Assembly (NCBI RefSeq): GCF_000143415.4
Contig: NW_003314270.1
Span: forward strand, 1,915,048-1,979,047
DNA length: 64,000 nt
Reading direction: 5' to 3'
Origin: Selaginella moellendorffii
Lineage: Eukaryota; Plantae; Lycopodiophyta
The notes under the pieces are model-generated. The model had not been told where the DNA came from. It was given only the letters and a program-made list of their open reading frames with translations, and did no database searches. Shown here piece after piece: positions 58,064 through 64,000 of the stretch. Each line of letters starts with the position of its first letter. Within the stretch, counting starts at the first letter, position 1. The position numbers and the translations under genes are program-made.

Positions 58064-59699
58064 ATTATGGATTACCTTCTGTCTGCAAAATTAAATTTGT
58101 AGTGTGACTAGTCTTTCTTTACTCTTGTTCTTTGAACTATATATTAGGGAAGAAAGCACAACAATTCTCTGGCTCTACATGAGAAAAGATAACCATTGAA
58201 TATTCTAAGAATATTTCCTAGGGTCTCCTTTTATATTTTTTAAAGAATAAAATAAGCCTCTTAAAGATGATCTCTGATTTTTTTTTCCAAATATTATTTA
58301 TGATTTTTTTTATCTATATAGGGTACTGTGTTAAACTTAATATAAGAATACAAGTTTTGTGCTATTATTTTATTAAAAGTGTAGAACTAAAATTAAATGT
58401 ATATATGAAATTTAACTATTTTCTATTTATACTTATAATTTTGTTTTGAAATACTAGGTTGTGAGGTCTAAGTGTACAGCTATAATGTTGTATACTAATA
58501 TTAGCATAGTGAGATTTTAGTAGCCGTCGGATTAGTTTCAATCTGGACCATTCACTCCTTTATATAAACTAGAGTTTTTGAGTTAATTGCTATGCATATT
58601 TTCTGTATTCCCTTTCTATATTTCATGCCCTCATATTGGTGGAGGTGAGGGGCACTTTTAATTGTCCCTGAAGAGTGTTTAGATTTGGGATTTTGGTTTG
58701 GATCTAATTTTTGCATTGTCTAGGTCTAGCTTTTTCTATTTCCTTTCTTTTGTTCTTTTCTTTTAGAATTTTGGTTTAAATCTAGCTTTTGTATTGTTTA
58801 GATCTCTCTTTCCTTCTAGTTTTTTTTTTTATTTCTCTTCTTTTGCTCTTTCTTTTTCGTTCATCTTCATGGCAGATTAGTAATCTTCTCCTCTTTTGAC
58901 TCTAGAGTAGCAGTTGGTGCAATTACTTGATGCTATATGATTGCAATTGAATAACCAAACTCAGTTGATGGTGGCATTCATGGCATGTGGTATAACTCTT
59001 GCTTTTGGTGCCAATCCTTGCATTCAACTAGAGTTCTTTCGTAGGAATTCTAGGGATGATGTGTATTATTGGTTCAATCACTTCACGGTGATTGCCACAT
59101 TTCATTCTTGGGATGATTGTAGTGCATGTGGTTTTTACCTTTATCCTATAGTGATTTACCATAAGATAACACCACGAAGCAGAACCTAAACCCTTTATGT
59201 GCCATGTGTCCATAAGACAGTGGTGTGGAACCCAAGGTTCAGGGCCTTGGGCCACTAAACGATGGAATGGTGCCAAACCCCCAAGCATGGAGCCAATGAG
59301 TGATGGAACCGAACCATAGAGCAACTCCTGAGCATATAGCCCAAGGAGCAAAGGGATAGGAGCACGGAGTGACTTGGAACAGTCCTAGAGCAACTAGCAT
59401 CCCAATGCCAGGACCAGCATGTAAAATGGAGCCAAACGGAATTTAGCACTATTTCAGCATACCGGTGGCCTAATGTGAGGACATGGGTACTCCACCAGCT
59501 AGCATGGTGTGGAGTTTGGGCTTAGACCCAAGCCGGATGCAGAACAAGGATAGACACGCAAGCCAAAGCTAGATTATGCCTCAGGTTGGTTAGCCATGCC
59601 CGACTTACCCACTATCCCTACTATACATTTGGAATCCCCCATAGCCCCCCCACAGCCCCCCCCCTCCCCCCCCACCCCCTTGAGGAATACATGCTTTGG

Positions 59700-62600
59700 G
59701 CTTTCACCCCAAGCCTCCTTTAGTATCAGGAGTTATTCTCTGGAACAAGCTTGAAACTTACTAAATATAGAATGGCATTAGATTGCGCATTTGGACACGA
59801 GACGAACACCATTATGTTCAAGTCAATCTCTACATTCTGTAGATATGCCAAATGAGCAAATCTGGACACTTTCCATAAATAGCATTTGGGACCGAAATGA
59901 GACTAACACAAAGGGCATGATAACGAGGGTGTTTGGCAGACACGATAAGCTATCATTTAGCGATATTGAGGGACTAATCTCAATACATGAGGGTTCTTGT
60001 CAAGCCAATACAAGACAGAGCAAAAGAGAACTAAGAGCCAGACCGAGTATACTCAACTAGAAACACATAGAAGTTCCTATCTTATGTCCATCTGGCTAAA
60101 TACAGGTGCTAAGCCTAGTTTATTAACACTTGAACAAGAGGGGCTGATAAAGGGAACCAACAATACCGATCTCCTACTATCGTGGTAGTAAGGAAGGAGT
60201 GTTTGTAAAGACTGGCCGACAAGTAATTTTCAATACCCAAAGTCACATTCGTGACACTCTCCCCCCTAGGGAAGATTGACGTCCTTGTCGATGCATACTC
60301 GAGTCTAGACCACCGCCAAGGAAACAACTCTAGAAAAAGTTTATGGTGATCACACTATGTGAGAAATGCACCGACTTAAATGAGTTAAGAGGCAACCTCT
60401 TTATCTAATGCGGATGCGCTACCACTCAAACACCTTCCGGCCATCGCCGACAAGGAAATGACCAACAGAGTCAGCCACCCTTGCTACTCTAGGTGTCACC
60501 CAACTTACAAAAGTGTGATACGCCCCTACCCGCAAGGACATAGAGAGAGAAGCTAGAGGCCCAAACCCTCATAAGCAATGAAACCACACTCGTCGGTAAG
60601 GTTTAGATAGACTATTGTAAACAGGCAGTTAGAGTTGTTTACACAGTCACGCCCTTTTAACGGAATAAGGAACATCGACAGAGAGGCGGGTTATGTGACT
60701 AGTCGACAGTAGCTACCCCATGACTAAAGATTTCACCATGCACACGAAGTGCCGAAGCCAGACTACCTATACTGGCCCAAACTGAACGATCAATAGATGG
60801 ATAATATCAAAGTCATAAACAATGATATCTTAAAGACTTAATTATCAGTGAATAAAGCTTAAATTAGAACACAAAAGTATTCCAAATAAATTATCATCCG
60901 ATAAACTAGTATTAGTTGAAAACATAGGATTTACTATCCCACAAAATTCAATAGCATGTATATCATCAAGTAAACTTAATGATAAAACTTAACTACCAAA
61001 GATTGTAGATAGTATGCCAAACAACTTACAAAAGATAACTCAAAAAACACAAAGTATCATTGACGGGCAAGCAAAATATTCGCGAATGTATCAGTCAAAG
61101 GAAATAACATCCCAATCTATTAGAACTAACTCAAGCAATGATCAATAGAATAGAATGAATATTACAAGACCAACAAACATAGCATTCATGCCAACCATTG
61201 CACTAGCCAATCTGAATAGATCTCGGTCAACAATACAAATGAATTCAAATTGTTTAAGTAAGTGTTAGCAATATCCTATTGATATCTCAAACCCAAGAAA
61301 CCAATCCAGAGCAAACCACAAAGAACATGTGGTATTGCAAAAAGCCATAAGCTATCAAAGAGAACAATTAACCATCATAAAAGATCATCAATCATCCCAT
61401 CAAAAAGATATATACACAATCATCGTCTAAGAAGGAATCCACCATCCCGAAGAATAACAAATCATTTTAGATCAACGATAATTAAACAAAACCTTCGACA
61501 AGGATAATCATCTATCCTAGATGACAGTCAATCATTATCAATGATTGCTAGATGCAAAAGCCAACTTCAACACTGAAACTAATGAGCCAAAATGCCTTCC
61601 CTAACAACTTCTAACAAATGGACCACAAGCATGAAAGCTCAAGAAACCAAAAGCTCGAAGAAATTTATAGCCAAGTCTTGCCTAACAATGATCATGAGTC
61701 TTGCATGAACTAATTTTAATGCTAAAGAGACATCATGGTAGAACCCACAATATCTTCCTTAACACATCCATAAGCTAAATTTTATAGTGCTTAAGCTAAT
61801 GAAGAGTATATTTGCATCAATCCAAAAGCTAAGCACAATGGAACTATACTCAATAAGTGATCACTAAATGACCCTCCATGAATCCATCTATAATAAGACG
61901 TAGCTCACTTCATAATAAGCACAAAAAGAATCATCAATGATCAAGATATTTCAACTCAAATCCAACAAGGATTCAAATATTTCAATATCAATCACTAACT
62001 CTTTCACTTGTAAGGTTAGTACAATCTAGGATTGAATCACTTTTCAAGGAAAAGCCAAAACTCAACCCTCTACTAAATAATCTTATCTAGAACATAACTA
62101 ACTCAAACTTGCTACTCAGTTCGTTTAGATGTCAATATAGTTGCTAACTAGCAAATGCACGAATGCCAGTAACACAAAGCTATAACTAAATCATCAACAC
62201 TATCTTCATCAAGACTAATGAAACTCAATATCAATCCTACAAAGAGATATCTCATTTCACTCGAATCTCAACATCAATAATGTCAACGACAAGGCATCAC
62301 TTCAATACCATCAACACCATAACAAAACTAGAAGAAAGCACGAGTGAATCACCACTCAAAACTCCCTAGCAACTAAGCTAACCAAAGTCGAAGATACTTT
62401 ACTCAGAATTTGAGACCAATCCTCCAACAATACTCAGTTATAGATAACACATCATCAAGGAGTGAATCACCACATCCAAGATTCAATGAAACCCAACATT
62501 ATGGACTAAACGTAACCAAATGATATTAACAGAGGTAGAGTCAATATGCCAACATAGAAAACCTATATAAGTCTAATGACACGATCCTTCACAACACTAT

Positions 62601-64000
62601 CCGGTAAAGCAAGCCCATCACTGCTAAATCATCATCAAGCAAAGCAAGTGTTAATAATTCTTGACAAAGTCTACAAGTAATCATTAGTCGCAAAGCAACT
62701 AACAATCACTCCTCAACTTGCCTTCACAAGACCTAGACACCAACTATTGTCATCAAGTTATATACTTGTCCAACATGAACGTGATACCGTGGGTACAAGA
62801 TAAAAGTTCATAGACAAGCACAAATTAAATGACCATTCGAATCCAACTCAACTGCAATAAGCTCACTAATGTGTTTAGCCAACAGCTCTTAGCATGCCTT
62901 GAATAGGCTAGCTACGCATGATCAACACTTAGTCAAAACTAAGTGAAGACTATAAGATGGACTCATATTGGTACACAACCTCCTCATAGACAAAGCTATA
63001 GTATGGGTACCAACATCTTAACCTTAAATAATTAAGTTGGACAACACTATCCTCAACCAAGATGCAAAGCTACCAAGACCAAGTCAAGATCAGTGAGAGC
63101 TCACTACTCTCATATAGTCTAACAAAAGGCAAAGTGTAAATTGCCACCAAACATAATGCTATAGAAAGGCATAAGGGTCACCCTTCTTAGAAAAGCGTAA
63201 TGGCCATTTTTCTATACCAACTCCAGATTCTATCTAACTCAATTGCCTTAGCCCCAAAAGTCAGCATCCCTTTTGGGTTGCATCATACAAATTACTTATT
63301 AAAGTTTAAGCCAACCAAAGTCAACTCCAACCCTTTCACTAGTTTGTACTGGCTTACGAAAACAGAATGGTTTTCGAGCAAAGTGACCGACAAATCAGCC
63401 ATTGGAAAAGCCTAAGAAAATTTGTGGAAAATTTTCCATCCTAGAGAAAGAATGACTCTCAGTTCAGGAATGCAAACTTTCAAGACTCAACCAACTTTCT
63501 CCTACCAACAACTTCATATAGGTTCATCTCAACACAAATTCTCATAATCCAATAGTATGTCTAAGCATTGAACATCTTTACCCATTTTCAGATATCAACA
63601 CCGACATCTGCAAAATGCAAAATGAATATCCAAGGTTTGATCATGAAGATCCTATCTTCGGATATCCATATTGCACTAACACTCTTCTTCAATGACCTTC
63701 AAGATCCAATGTAAGCCAAAACACTAACAAGAAAAATGACATGGAAAATCAAGGTCTAAGGAGAATTCCTCATCACTCGAAATAACAATGCCACTTCCAC
63801 CAACACAAGTGTTAGTGATGTCAATGCCTTAACTACACACTGTCTCCATCTAACAATCTACTCTAAATGCTAACGGATCAACCAATAAGTCATAGCAAGT
63901 GAATGCCATAACCCTTTCGAACATTTTATGGGCAAACCCTTAAGAACAATGAACCAACTTAAGCTTAGCATAATGGACCATTAAGAATTTAGTCAAAGCT
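59700..64000 (-). mobile_element. Degenerate Ty3/Gypsy retrotransposon (pol, PPT, 3' LTR); runs off the window end
   Basis: Minus-strand PPT GGGGGGAGAG followed by TGTCACG at ~60257. RT remnant KNGHYAFLRRVTLMPF (GHYEF.VMPFGL-like) at ~63165-63212. Many stops. LTR far end not defined. Confidence 0.75.

Overview
Compact land-plant nuclear DNA, most consistent with the lycophyte Selaginella. This is an inference from ~50-60 nt introns, very high gene density and long intronless PLS-class PPR genes. The window has three zones. (1) 1-25.5 kb is a heavily duplicated, deletion-scarred mosaic built on a repeated module: small 'CFGW...VP(H/Y)F' protein genes - MAT1 - U1 snRNA - PLS-PPR - tRNA-Lys(CTT). 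Mixed in are a Crinkler/CR-type NTPase+restriction-nuclease-like pseudogene, a short-LTR Copia end, decayed LINEs, a secreted multi-motif peptide precursor (two copies) and fragments of DCN1-like, RRM, IST1-like, kinesin and P-type PPR genes. (2) 25.9-56 kb is ordinary gene-dense sequence: kinesin-7, two more PLS-PPRs, a NAT transporter, a C2H2 protein, an intronless 4R-MYB/SNAPc4-like gene, ORM, a CAAX/CPBP protease, PH1 and two tandem divergent AUX1/LAX genes. (3) 56.7-64 kb holds a PRISE/VEP1 pseudogene and a degenerate Ty3/Gypsy element. All family calls come from motif recognition by eye, not database searches.
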